Assembly (NCBI GenBank): GCA_965603825.1
Contig: CBFDEM010000045.1
Coordinates: forward strand, 248,001 to 312,000
Length of the DNA: 64,000 nt
DNA from: Blepharisma stoltei ATCC 30299
Taxonomy: Eukaryota > Protista > Ciliophora
Reading direction: 5' to 3'
In this document: piece by piece, positions 27,457 through 38,724 of the stretch
Layout of the letters: each line of letters starts with the position of its first letter
Numbering within the stretch: position 1 is the first letter of the stretch
Notes under the pieces: generated by a model
Databases searched by the model: none
The model's input: the letters and a program-made list of their open reading frames with translations, nothing else
What the model was told of the DNA's origin: nothing
Translations under genes and position numbers: made by a program

Positions 27457-28130
27457 ACTAATAATTTAATTTACACAAATCAAACCTTTAACCTTGCATT
27501 AATATTTGTTGTAAGAATTTAGTATATTACATGTGATTCATCAACCCAAAAGGTTTAGGGTAAATATAGGCAATTAATTATAAATTATTGCGTAGAATTC
27601 CATCACCACAGGTACTCTGAACTCATAACACTTTTCTATTTTTCCAATTTCTTGTTAAATATTTTAATATAAACAATTATTGAGTAATTGCAATGAATCA
27701 AGCATTTTTATACATATTGCCTAAAACTACGAAAAAAGATTAATATTTTTTTTAAAGCACCAGCAAAATAATAAGTTTTACTTAGTACTCATTTTTGGAT
27801 ATAATTTTTGAGATACACATAAAACCTGCAAGGTTATCAATATTTTATTGCTTTAATTTTTCTATAATATCAAAATCAAGAAAGATCTGTTGAAGAATAC
27901 TATATCCTTAGAAATAGCATATTTAAAGTTGAAGTTTAATCTTGAAACAGTAGAGTTAATTAAATATGGTAAGAAAATCACATGTTTTATCAAGAAATTA
28001 GGAAATTTTTGATTAATCTTAAAAAGCTTTCTTTATTTTACAAAAATATGAAGGCAATAGGTTAAGTATTGAATGGTAAAATTCTAAAAATTTTTCTAAC
28101 ATTAAAAACTAAATTTATAATTGACCAGAA

Positions 28131-28340
28131 ATGGGTAGCAGAAACTCTCTTGGCCAAGCAAGAATTATTAGAGTTAATGAAGACAATAACTGGAATCGAG
28201 GACATTACCAGCGAATAGGTCGAAATAATACTCAAAATACGAGCATTAATGTAATTAGAAGCTCATCAACTCATAATGCATTTTCTTATCAATTCCGGGA
28301 CAATTTTTCAAGCTTAAGAACTCAGCCGAGTTATGAATAG
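28131..28340 (+). CDS. Possible small Asn/Arg/Ser-rich hypothetical protein, 69 aa
   Basis: ATG preceded by AAA; less AT-rich than the surrounding 1.3-kb intergenic region. No motif. Confidence 0.35.
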   Translation: MGSRNSLGQARIIRVNEDNNWNRGHYQRIGRNNTQNTSINVIRSSSTHNAFSYQFRDNFSSLRTQPSYE

Positions 28341-28792
28341 ATTGCCTGAGTCTTTATGCTAAAATAATAATTTAACAATAAATACTGGAAGCTCACAGTA
28401 ATTTTTGAAAAACCTTAAATTTTTATGTTTTGGAATTTTGGTTTTATGAGAGTTTTCCAAAGAAGTTATATCCAATATAAATATTAATGACACTTAAAAG
28501 CGAATAAGTTGTTAAATCGGATTTATTCTTCAAAATAAAAGCAGATTTTTAAAATAACTAGAAGCTTAGCATACTTGCATTTAAATAGAAATTGAGAATT
28601 ATAAAACACCATTGGAAAAATTTCTAATTTTTATGTAAAAACTAAGAGATATTAATTTAAAAGTCAAAAGTCTAAACAAAGTGCAAGATAGGTCAAAAGA
28701 CTATTATAAGGAAGGGCAATTAAGTAGAACACTAAGTCAATATCCAAATAGAAATACCAAGAAAAATAACTTTTAAATCCAAAAGTATTAAT

Positions 28793-31642
28793 TTAATTTT
28801 CAAAATCATTAGAATAAGCATCACTATCACTCATTTCTTCAGTTTCACTATGCTTGTTACTTATTTTCTCTATTGGTGTTTTTTGACGATCAGATTCTTC
28901 TGGTTCATAATCAGATACATATTCTTCATTTCCCTCAGAAAATTTTGATTTATCTGTATTTTCAGGATCCAAGCTTGCTTTATCCTGGCTTGATAATTTA
29001 AATTTGTCCCCTTTCCCGCTTTTTATTGTAGAATTTTTCTGGCCATCAAGCTCAAATGCGCTTCCAAATGGAGAACCCTCAGATCCATAATGAAGGGATT
29101 TATAAGGCCCTGATTTCTCAGGGGAATCTTCACTATACTCTAAGAAATTTGAAGACTCCCTGTAATGTTTCTCATTTTTCGCCTCACTAGAAGATCTTGA
29201 ATTCGATTCACTATTTGATTTATAATTTTCTAGCTCTCTTTTAGTAGCAATGCCATAATGATATAAAATTTCTTCAAGTTCATCTATGCTTATGCATGGG
29301 ATTGTTTCTTTTTCATATTGAAGTGCATCTAAAATTAGCTTGATATTTTCTTCACTGATATTTTTTATGTTTAACTTGCTCAAGCCTTTTATAAATTTTT
29401 TAGGAGAAATGAGCCCGTTTTTATCATTTTTAAAAGCATCTCGAACGGTTAAGCTTCGCTTTTTAAGCTTTTCAGCCATAAATCCTAGGAACTCTCGGGT
29501 GATTTCAGCCCTTTCTTCATCTGAATTAGTCACGCTTTCTTCTTCAACAGAATTTTTTTCTTTTACATTCCCATAAGCTTTTATTAGAAACTTATAAGGC
29601 ACAGTATCTAATTGGTAGCTATGAGAATAAAATAAAACTACGAGATAACTGAGAACTTTTGGCGAAAATTGTATCTCAACATCCTCCAAAGCCTTTTTAA
29701 ACTGTTCAATTGTAATTATTCCTGAATTTTCAGTATCATAAAGTTTGCATGCTGTTTTTAAAGTAACTTTATTGCTTTGTATTAAAGCAGAGATTTCTTG
29801 ATCCATTTTTTCTTCAGCTTCCTGTGAATACACCTCTCACTCATCTATTAATTCTAATAATTTTTTAGTAATTTGCTCTGGGGTTTTAGTAACTTTTTCA
29901 ATTTGCTCTAATGATGTAAATTTGTCACTTTCAGACTGAAATAAAAACCTTGATAGGTTTTCTGAATCATTTTTATCTTTAATATCAAATGGTTCTTGGG
30001 AAAATAAATTGCTTAACTCAACATAATTAATATGAATAGGATTGCTGAAAACGAATTTATTGTCAAATAGTACTTTTTGTAAGTCAGATTTTGAGAATCG
30101 GTTAAGCTGCATTTTTAGTTTAATATGATTTAGAGAACTCTGAATTTGTTCTAATTTTACAGGGGAAATATATTCAGGAAAAGCTTTTGGAGATGTTTCT
30201 TGCAAATTTTGGGGTGGAGCTTGTATGGCTAGATTTTCATGGGATTCTTCGATAGAAGAAGATAAGTTATAGTCTTTATCATTATATTCATACGACTCAT
30301 ATAATGAAATAAGGCAAAAACTAGGTATATATTGATCTAAACTATCTTTTATTTGCTCTTTTAATTTTTTCATATATTTTTCCTCAACATTTTTATTTTC
30401 TTTTTTCATAATTTCCAAAAAATCACTAATTTTAATAATCCGATAGTTATTCTCGATACTCGCCAAAAAATCATCAATTGAAATTTGTTTTTCAGTCAAA
30501 ACTTGATGCAGCTGCCATAATACTTTTATTGGATTTTGTAATTTTGGCTGATTTTTTATTTTTTCAACATTAACTACATTTGAGTTTATTGGTCTAGCTA
30601 TAAAATTTTTAAGCGATGCTTGAAGATCTCTAACTTCTTTTTCTAATGCATCAACTTTAGACTGCTTTGCAAATAACTCTTGCTTATAATTTTCAATAGA
30701 TCTCTTTAAACTATTTTCTTTTTCTACAAATTCTTTTCTATCAAATTCTAGCTGTTCCTTGGTTTTTTTTAATTCTTTTTCCTGGCTGTGGTTCTTTTTC
30801 TTTTTATGAGGTTTTTTTTTAGGTTTTGGAATTTCCTGTTTTACTTGTTTTAATTTTTCTAACTCTGCTTTTTCAATATCAAGTGCATAGGTTAAATCAT
30901 GAATATCTTTTTTAAACTGGTTATTTAATGATATCAATGCGTTTTTCTCTTCAAGCAATGCCTGAATTCTTTCATTTTGCAAGATATCTTTTTGTTTTAA
31001 AATCTCAGAAAGATGATGTCTTAGCCTTGTACTTTCGTCGCTAAATGCTTTTATTTCTGTTTCCATTTCAAGAAAGTTAGTGTATTTTAGGCTTCTTTTT
31101 AATTTTTCAGTTTCTTCAATTCGAGTCTTAATTTCATGTCTCAATTCTTTAATGGTTTCTTTAAGAGAAGGCACAAGGTGAACTTTCTTAGACTCCATAA
31201 AAGGAAGAATTTCATTTTTTTGTTTCATATTTTTTGCTCTCTCATTGACTCTGTTCAGTTCTTTTTCAAGCATGCTAACTTTAGTGGTCGCCCTTATGAG
31301 ATCTTCTTTAAGTTTATTTGTTTCAAGCTTTAATGACATATTCTCCTCATAAAGCGTTTCTTTATCAATATTTACAACTACAGGGCGAAGCCTATATAAA
31401 AGACTATCATCTGATTTATATGTGCTAAGACCTTTTGGCCTGGTTGCTGAATGGTATGTAGCAGAAATAGGCCGTGAAGAGGATTTTTGGTTTAAGATTT
31501 TTTCACTTAGAGGTCTACTTTGAAATGTAGATTTGCTGCTGGGAGCTGCATCTTCTTTCTTGTTAGAGTCTTCTGCATTCAGAAGATCTATAGATCTATA
31601 GTCTAATTTCCTTTTTATTTCTTACAGTTGAGGATATGACAT
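28793..31642 (-). CDS. Coiled-coil protein with degenerate EF-hand-like motifs, ~944 aa, one intron
   Basis: ATG 31642 plus a 15-nt intron gives MSYPQLKLDY.. in frame with 29837-31339. LIDEW(tga)EVY joins 28793-29833. EF-like YDTENSGIITIEQF. Confidence 0.82.
31611..31625 (-). other. 15-nt intron GTAAGAAATAAAAAG
   Basis: Removes the TAA at codon 7; A at position 10. Confidence 0.78.
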
Positions 31643-32106
31643 TATATTTTATAAACAAATAAAAAATGAAGGCAAGTTACAAGCTGCTTTCTATTTATAT
31701 AAAGGGTACGTTTATCTTGAAATAACTTAAATCGATTCAATTAATTCCATCTTAAAATTCATTATTTTTCTCCATAAATGTAATAATAAATAAAAAAGCT
31801 CTAATCTGCAATTTATTCAAACTATATTAAGAGGGAAAATATATACTCAACCTCTGTTATGAGAGATCATTTGAATCATTTATATCATTAAAACAATTTG
31901 TTAAATTAGTAATAAAAATCTAAATAAATCATAATAATACAATTAAGTTTTATAAGGGAAGAGCTTATATAGGGGTTTTTAAATGGAAATCACTAGATAT
32001 ATTTCAAACTGCCAAAAGATTGTCTCACACAAAATCAAGAATAAAATTTATCTCAAAGGAATATAAAAATTATTAGCTAATTTAGCGTGAAGATTAAGAC
32101 TAATAA

Positions 32107-32448
32107 ATGGAAGAGAAATTAAAAGAATGTCTTCTTCATTGGAATAGAGTTGGAAGCCCAGATACTTTTCGAGACAATACGCTTAAAAGCTTCTGCAACC
32201 AAACAGCATCTATACCTTTTCAGAACCCAGAATATTTGATTGCAAGACTTTCAGGTTTAACTATAGCTGAAGCATCTGATGCTTTAATGCTGGCTGAAGA
32301 GATAAGGCACTCGGGAATAGAGAGGGTATTAGCCAAACTAGAAGCACTCGGCCAGAAAATCCCTTCAGTTTCAGTAGCAAAAAGACCTAGAAAGAATAAA
32401 AAATCCAAAAATCAGGAACCAAAACTCAAAAAGATGCAAAAATTATAA
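32107..32448 (+). CDS. Hypothetical protein, 113 aa, basic NLS-like C-terminus
   Basis: Clean ATG-TAA ORF with AAA before the ATG; tail KRPRKNKKSK. Confidence 0.7.
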   Translation: MEEKLKECLLHWNRVGSPDTFRDNTLKSFCNQTASIPFQNPEYLIARLSGLTIAEASDALMLAEEIRHSGIERVLAKLEALGQKIPSVSVAKRPRKNKKSKNQEPKLKKMQKL

Positions 32449-32870
32449 CTCTGTAAGTAGATAGTTAACAGAAACTTATGGCGATACCCTTATTTCGATT
32501 TCCCTTAAGATATTCTGATCTTTATTTACTCGTTAGTATGTGTGAATAATAAAGAATGAGTCTCATTTTAATTTTATGATATTTATGTGTAGCCAGTTAG
32601 CTATTTTTGTTGCCTCTTGGTGAGGCAATGATGGTTATAAAATAGAAAATTGCTGAGTGTACCCAAATTTATTTCATTTTTAAACATTAGAGTTCATATT
32701 TATAAGGTCATTTGATAAAAATTATCAAAGCTCTATTATTCTTATGGAACTTATATTGATATAAATCCAGTATTATTATAGTAATTTTTCTGAATAAAAT
32801 CATAGCAAATCAATATTTGAGATACATTTAAATTATTTTGTTGATAAAATGAGAAGCTCCTACAATAATA

Positions 32871-35090
32871 ATGAAGATCATCATAAGATATCAAAATAAA
32901 AGCAAAGATCTTCACGTGGATCCCAAAGTCAAAATTAAGGACATGCAAATAGAAATCGCCAGAATCACAAACCTGCCACCTGATCACCAACAATTAAGCT
33001 ATTTAAATTCAGGGCATAAAGTAATCCTTACTCAGGTTCTTTTGCCGATTTCTTCAAAACTCTATTTATATAATATAAAGGATGGGTCAATTATATACGT
33101 TGAAGAAGTATTTATAATATAGAAATCAATAGACAACCCACAAACTCCGTCCCAAAACTCATTATTGGGGATGGGCAGAAGCTCGATGGTGTTTGACGAA
33201 GAGGAGCTGACAAGATACGATTCTGATACTATTGTAAGCGTTAAAAGAAGACATAGGGCATCATTAGGTGCTGAAAATTTCACTAGCTATCAAAATCAGT
33301 GAATTGCCCAATTAATCATTCCTTGTAGAGAAGGAAATGTTGAAGGTCTTGTTGGTGTCTTACAGGGCTATCAAGCATACAAAGGAGTCCTCTTAAGAGA
33401 AGAAGATGTTGGAGAGCTCCTAAATAGTAAATATGATGAACAATGAAGCTGCATTCATTATGCATGCTATATGGGACATTCAGGAGTACTGAAAGAGCTG
33501 ATTGATCTAGGAGCAGACTGTAACAATGTTACGAGTGACCAATGGACGCCTTTACAAATATCTGCTTACCAAGGCAATGTCAAATGTGTGGAGCTTTTGC
33601 TTGCCCATCCTCTTATTGATATAAACAAAATGACCCAAAATAGAGGCTCAGCTTTGCATCTTGCAGTACTGAAAGGGCATATTGAAATAGTAAAAATCTT
33701 GATGGAACATAGAGCAAAGCTAACCCTAGAAGATCCTGATGGTAAAACACCTCTTGAATTAGTTACAAGAAAAGACATAGCAGAGCTAATACCAAAATAC
33801 TTAGGAGCTGAAATGCTTGAAAAGTTTGGAAAACCTGCCATTGAAGAACCATTAAGCTTTAGTGGAGAAGTTTTCTACGAAAACGCTGATGAGCTAAGTC
33901 AAACTGTTTATTTAGTCCTTAGCACACAAAATGGAAAATTGCACCATTTTACAAGCCGACAATGGTTTTCTGAGGAGAAAAACCCTGAGTTTTCTATCCC
34001 ATTCCAAGAAATGAAGCTTATAAGATTTGAAAGCAAAAATGATAAATTCTATTTTGGGATTCGAAGAGATTCTATGAAAATGAAGTATTATACAACTTAT
34101 GAAGACATGAGCAATGAATGAATTAAGAAATTAAAGCATTTTATTCAATACTATAACCCAAATGAACAGAATAGCTGGAAACATTTGCTTGTGGATGGAG
34201 ATGAATCTGATGGCCTTTTTGATACACTGGAAAATTCAGCAGCAAATAAATCACAGTTTGCTGTAATGGCTGAGCTTGGGTCTGGTAGCTTTGGAAATGT
34301 GTATAAGGTGAAGCATAAAGAAACAGGATATTTATACGCAATGAAGGCTCTTAATAAAGACATGCTAAGTGTCAGAGGACAACTAAAATATGCGATCTCT
34401 GAATGTAAAATAATGAAAGCAATTAAGCATCCTTTCATCCTTACTCTTTACTGGGCATTCCAAAGCAGAAATTACCTTTATATGATTCTTGAGCTCTGCA
34501 TAATGGATTTTTCTAAAATGATTAAATTTTATCACAAATTTAATGTTGCTGTCTCAAAAAGATGCATCGCTGAAGTTATTCTTGCAATTGAATATCTGCA
34601 TAATTTGGACATTGTTTATAGAGACCTTAAGCCTCAAAACATTCTAATTGGAACTGATGGGCATATTAGATTAGCTGACTTCGGTCTGGCTAAAGAAAAA
34701 ATTGGTGATCAGAATATAGCGACGTCTTTTTGTGGATCGCCTGCATATATGCCTCCTGAAATTATAAGAAATCAAGGTTGCAATAAATCTGCTGATATCT
34801 ACACTATTGGGGCTAATCTTTATGAAATGTTAATAGGAATACCTCCATTTTATACAGAAAATATAGCCGAGCTTTATGCTCGAATTGACAGTGCTCCCTT
34901 AGAATTTCCTTATGGATTTGACCCTGAGGCAGAAAGTCTCATAGAAATGGCTATGAAGCGCAATCCAGAACAAAGACCTACAATTCAACAGCTTAAAATT
35001 CACCCCTTTTTCGATGAAATTGACTGGCATGAAGTATTATTAGGCCATTACCTTCCTATGAATATGGATGATATAAAGAGAGTTTCATAG
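32871..35090 (+). CDS. Multidomain kinase: ubiquitin-like domain + ankyrin repeats + PH-like domain + AGC-group kinase, ~730 aa
   Basis: One frame after the 33108-33122 intron with TGA=W. Ubl: IARITNLPPDHQQL..YNIKDGSIIYV. ANK: W(tga)SCIHYAC, WTPLQISA, SALHLAV, GKTPLEL. PH end: SNEW(tga)IKKL. Kinase: YAMK, YRDLKPQN, DFG, SFCGSPAYMPPE. Confidence 0.88.
33021..33035 (+). other. Candidate cryptic stop-free 15-nt intron GTAATCCTTACTCAG
   Basis: Matches the intron consensus (GTAA, A10, AG) and would remove VILTQ from the Ubl domain. It is not required for an open frame. Confidence 0.6.
33108..33122 (+). other. 15-nt intron GTATTTATAATATAG
   Basis: Removes the in-frame TAG between the Ubl and ankyrin segments; A at position 10. 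Confidence 0.85.
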
Positions 35091-35143
35091 TCAATTAAAT
35101 AGAAATTGAGATAAATAGTTCACTTTCAAAAAAATTAATTGAA

Positions 35144-36682
35144 TTAAGGCTTGTTTGCTAAAGCACTTTTTTGAGATCTAGCAATTATGTCGGGAGTTTC
35201 ATTATTTTGTGCCAAACTTTGCATGAGTTTACCTTCATCTTCTTCAGTTTGATTTAAATCGCTGCTTAGTAGACGAATTCGATAGAGATTTTTCTCTGGA
35301 AGCAAATCAGTTAGATTTTTTGGATAAGCCACATTAGGGCTTATTATAGTTTGGTTCTAAATATGGCTTACATTTTCTTTTATGCGCTTGAGTGCTTCTT
35401 TTACCTTGTCTTTAATTGTAATAACTTGATCAATCAGCTTGGAATCAGGATTTACAGGCTTCCCTCCTAGCTTTCTCAGGTTTTTTCCTGCCCAGATTTT
35501 GATATTTTCATAAACACTTCGAATTCTTCTTAATCTATCTTTTTCAACTGAGATTTCTTGAAAAGACTTTGTAGCTTCCTGAGACATTTGCTTTGCAGGA
35601 TTATTTCCTTCTAGTTTTGTCATTTCTAAAGAATTTATTTTTTCTAATATTTCGTCATTTCTCTGGATATAATCTGCGATTTTTTGTTTTGAATCATTGA
35701 TTGTTTCCATAAGATCACCATAAATTTGTTCTCTTGTCAGATATTTTTCTACCATTTCTTGTGCATCGTTTAGCCCCGTTATGCTTCTTACCTGCTGAAA
35801 AGCTTCTTCTATTGAGGAAGAACGCTCCATTTCATATTTCAGCTTTTTTTGTAAATAAATGAACCATAGCCGATGGCATAAAAGCCCTTCCCTCATCTGT
35901 AGAGCCCTCATATTTCTATCTTCATTCGCAGCAGCCTCAGCTATTTCTAGCTGGCGATAAAATCTTTCTTCTCTTTTTCTTGACGTTTCTTGTTTCTGTT
36001 TAACGTCTTTTTCAATTATATCAAGTTTTTCTTGTTTTTCACTTTTTTCGCGACTAGCATATGCTTCAAGATTTTTAAGGGCTTCTTTAGTTTGTATTTT
36101 TGCCTCTCGTGTTCTTCTTTGCTTGTCTAGCTCTTCTCTTAAAGTCTGTTGTCCATTTTTGAGAGACTTATTCAGACTTAAGCTTCTTTTTTCTAGGTTT
36201 ATTTTGGTCATTTTCATTCGTTCTATGATATGCTCATAAGCCTTTCTAGTCATTTCTGCATCATCTTGTTTCTTCTTAAACTCTCTCAGCCTATCTTCCA
36301 TTTCTTTTGCTTTTTCCTTCATTGTATCTAATTTTAAGCCTGTCCTTGCTTCCATCTTCTCAGTCTGCTCTAATTCTTTTTTCAGTTTTTCAAGAACGTT
36401 ATCATAAACTCCATTGTCTGCTTTATTCCTATCATGCCTTTTCCTTAGAAAAACAAGTTGTGATGACACTTCTTTCAACTCTTCAATTTTAGAAACTCTT
36501 TGAGTTTCATCACCTTGCGTAACTGAGCTATTAAGAAATTTTGATGCATCCTGAGTTGAGACCATTTGGCGAATTATTCGGTGATTAGCGAGGTTAAATG
36601 AAATATGCGTTGCATTTATTGAGTCCTTTTTCCACCTGGCAGTTGCTGGAGCTGTTAAGTTAAATATTTCAGAGTTATCCAT
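35144..36682 (-). CDS. Coiled-coil protein, outer dynein arm docking complex-like (ODAD/CCDC151/CCDC114 type), ~507 aa
   Basis: Long heptad pattern and EEAFQQVRSITGLNDAQEMVEKYL motif. Intron 35357-35371 joins 35144-35332. The family call is tentative. Confidence 0.75.
35357..35371 (-). other. 15-nt intron GTAAGCCATATTTAG
   Basis: Removes an in-frame TAG; A at position 10. Confidence 0.87.
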
Positions 36683-36853
36683 TGATATTTTATTTATTCA
36701 CAGATTATTATCAATAATCTCAGTCAGAAGTAAATTAATTTCTATCATAAGCGATGCAAAAAAATTATTTGTTAATTTTAGGCTATAAGTTATTATAAAG
36801 GCAATTTTAATTAAATTTATATGTGTCTAATTAATAAATGTAAAATAATAAAC

Positions 36854-38632
36854 ATGAAAGAAAGCCTCAAAGAACTGGGAGCGAACCATTCAACCTCGAA
36901 TGCTAACCCATTTTGCTGCCTTTGTCCGCCAGTATATGCTGCGTATACAAATAGCCCTATGAAAAGAGTGTCGAGCAGCAAATGAGCTCATGTGGAATGT
37001 AAAATTTACTTAGGCACTCAATATATTTTAGAAACATACATAGACGAGTCCGATTCCGATTTTCCTATCAAAGGAGTAGAAGATATTGATCCTTCTGCTT
37101 ACATATTAAAATGCATCATTTGCGAAAAAAAGTCTTGCGGAGTTTGTGTAAATTGTGCTGATCAGTCCTGTTCTTATACATTTCATCCACAATGTGCGCT
37201 CAGAAGAGGCTTGAGAGCAGAGCCTCCTCATATTTACTGTCCTGACCATTCAAATGCTCCAAAACAGACAAAGCCTTCTCCTCTTCCTGCACATATGGTA
37301 AAATCAGAAAAGCCAACTAAAACCAAGACCCCCAAAACAGTTTTACTTAATCACCGTTTTACGTCCTCACCCTCATTAAAGCATTTAAGAAGAATTAAAA
37401 GCTCAGAAGACTCCAACCAATTTGCGATAATTGAAGACAACTTCAAAAAATTTCCTCACGAGTCACTATCGAAATCATCACTTCCTTATGAGAAAAAAGC
37501 AATATCAGGAACTTCAAAGCCGCCTCAGTGCCTTAATAAGTGCAGTGTGCTGGTACATGGGACTGAATTAGATGCGCTTGCACAATTTAATTTGGTTTCA
37601 AGAGAAAGAAAAAAGGCACTTTCAGATGCCTTTATTGTGCAGCCTTATCAAGGAGAAGTATCGCAGCTAAAATCTGATATGTTTCTGAAATACTATAAAC
37701 TCTTCAATAGAGAATTCGGCTCAGATTTAGAAATCAATGGCAGATGCCTAAGTGAAAGTGAATGCGGCTTTGATGAAGTATCAAGAGAACTTCTGTACTG
37801 TCTTGAATATTTATCAAGAAAAGTCCTTCCTTCAGTAAACCACCTCAAAGGGCTTTTATCACTATTAGTCGAAAAGCAACCAGTAAGGCTTGACATGTCA
37901 AAAATCTACGAGATAAATCGTGAAGCCTGACTTGTAACTCAATGGGGCTTTATCTATAGATGCCTAAAGGATGGATTGAGCGAAAAAGATCCCTCAGACT
38001 ATGAGTTGAGATTTCATTGCATAGAAGAATGTGATTGCAGCATTTGCTACCATTGCAATGAAGAAGAAGCTATTTTAAACCCTCTTATTAGCTGCAGAGG
38101 ATGCAAACTGCTTATGCATAGAGCCTGTCTTGGTTTCCAAACTTATATAGACGATTATTATTGTGATCTGTGCAGAGAAAGAGCTGATCCAAGATGCATA
38201 ATCTGCCAAAAAAAGAATGGGCCAATGAAAAAAGCTGGACCAGAGTGATTCCATATATCATGCGCACTGTGGGATCCAAAACGTGTGGAGTTTGAAGATA
38301 CAAAATGTCTAGAAGGGCTAAGGATTTGTGGAGAAAATATGGTAGGCCAATGCATTGTGTGCCATAAATCAGATGGGTTGCTTTCTCAGTGCAAAGATTG
38401 TGGACAACTTGCCCATTTGTTTTGTGCTTGAAAAAATGGTATGATGTTTGAAACAGAGGATTATATAAGTTCAGGCATCAGAAAGCTTCTCATCAAATTT
38501 GTTTGCCACTCACATACACCAAATCGAAATGCTGATGAGCAAAAAGAATTGAGAAGCCGGCCATTCAGATATTATGAAACGCCAAGAGCTAAGCGAAAAA
38601 GACTTGAAAATTTCTCCCATCTAAAAATATAG
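36854..38632 (+). CDS. PHD / extended-PHD (PZP, JADE/BRPF/AF10-like) zinc-finger protein, 592 aa
   Basis: ATG 36854. N-terminal CCLC..KW(tga)AHVEC..CIIC..CVNC..C..FHPQC..YCPDH. C-terminal PHD (CSIC..CRGC..MHRAC..YCDLC) plus a second ePHD (CIIC..GPMK..EW(tga)FHISCALW..HLFCA..CHSH). Confidence 0.9.
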
Positions 38633-38724
38633 TCCCAATATGCTACTATAAATAAATTATAAATATATTTTATCATTAATTTTAGACCATCTCCCTATAT
38701 CCTCTTAATCAAATGATATAACAA

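Noticed and set aside
27457-28792. Long AT-rich gap as a retained IES or transposon remnant
   Set aside because: I saw no terminal inverted repeats, transposase fragment or interrupted gene.
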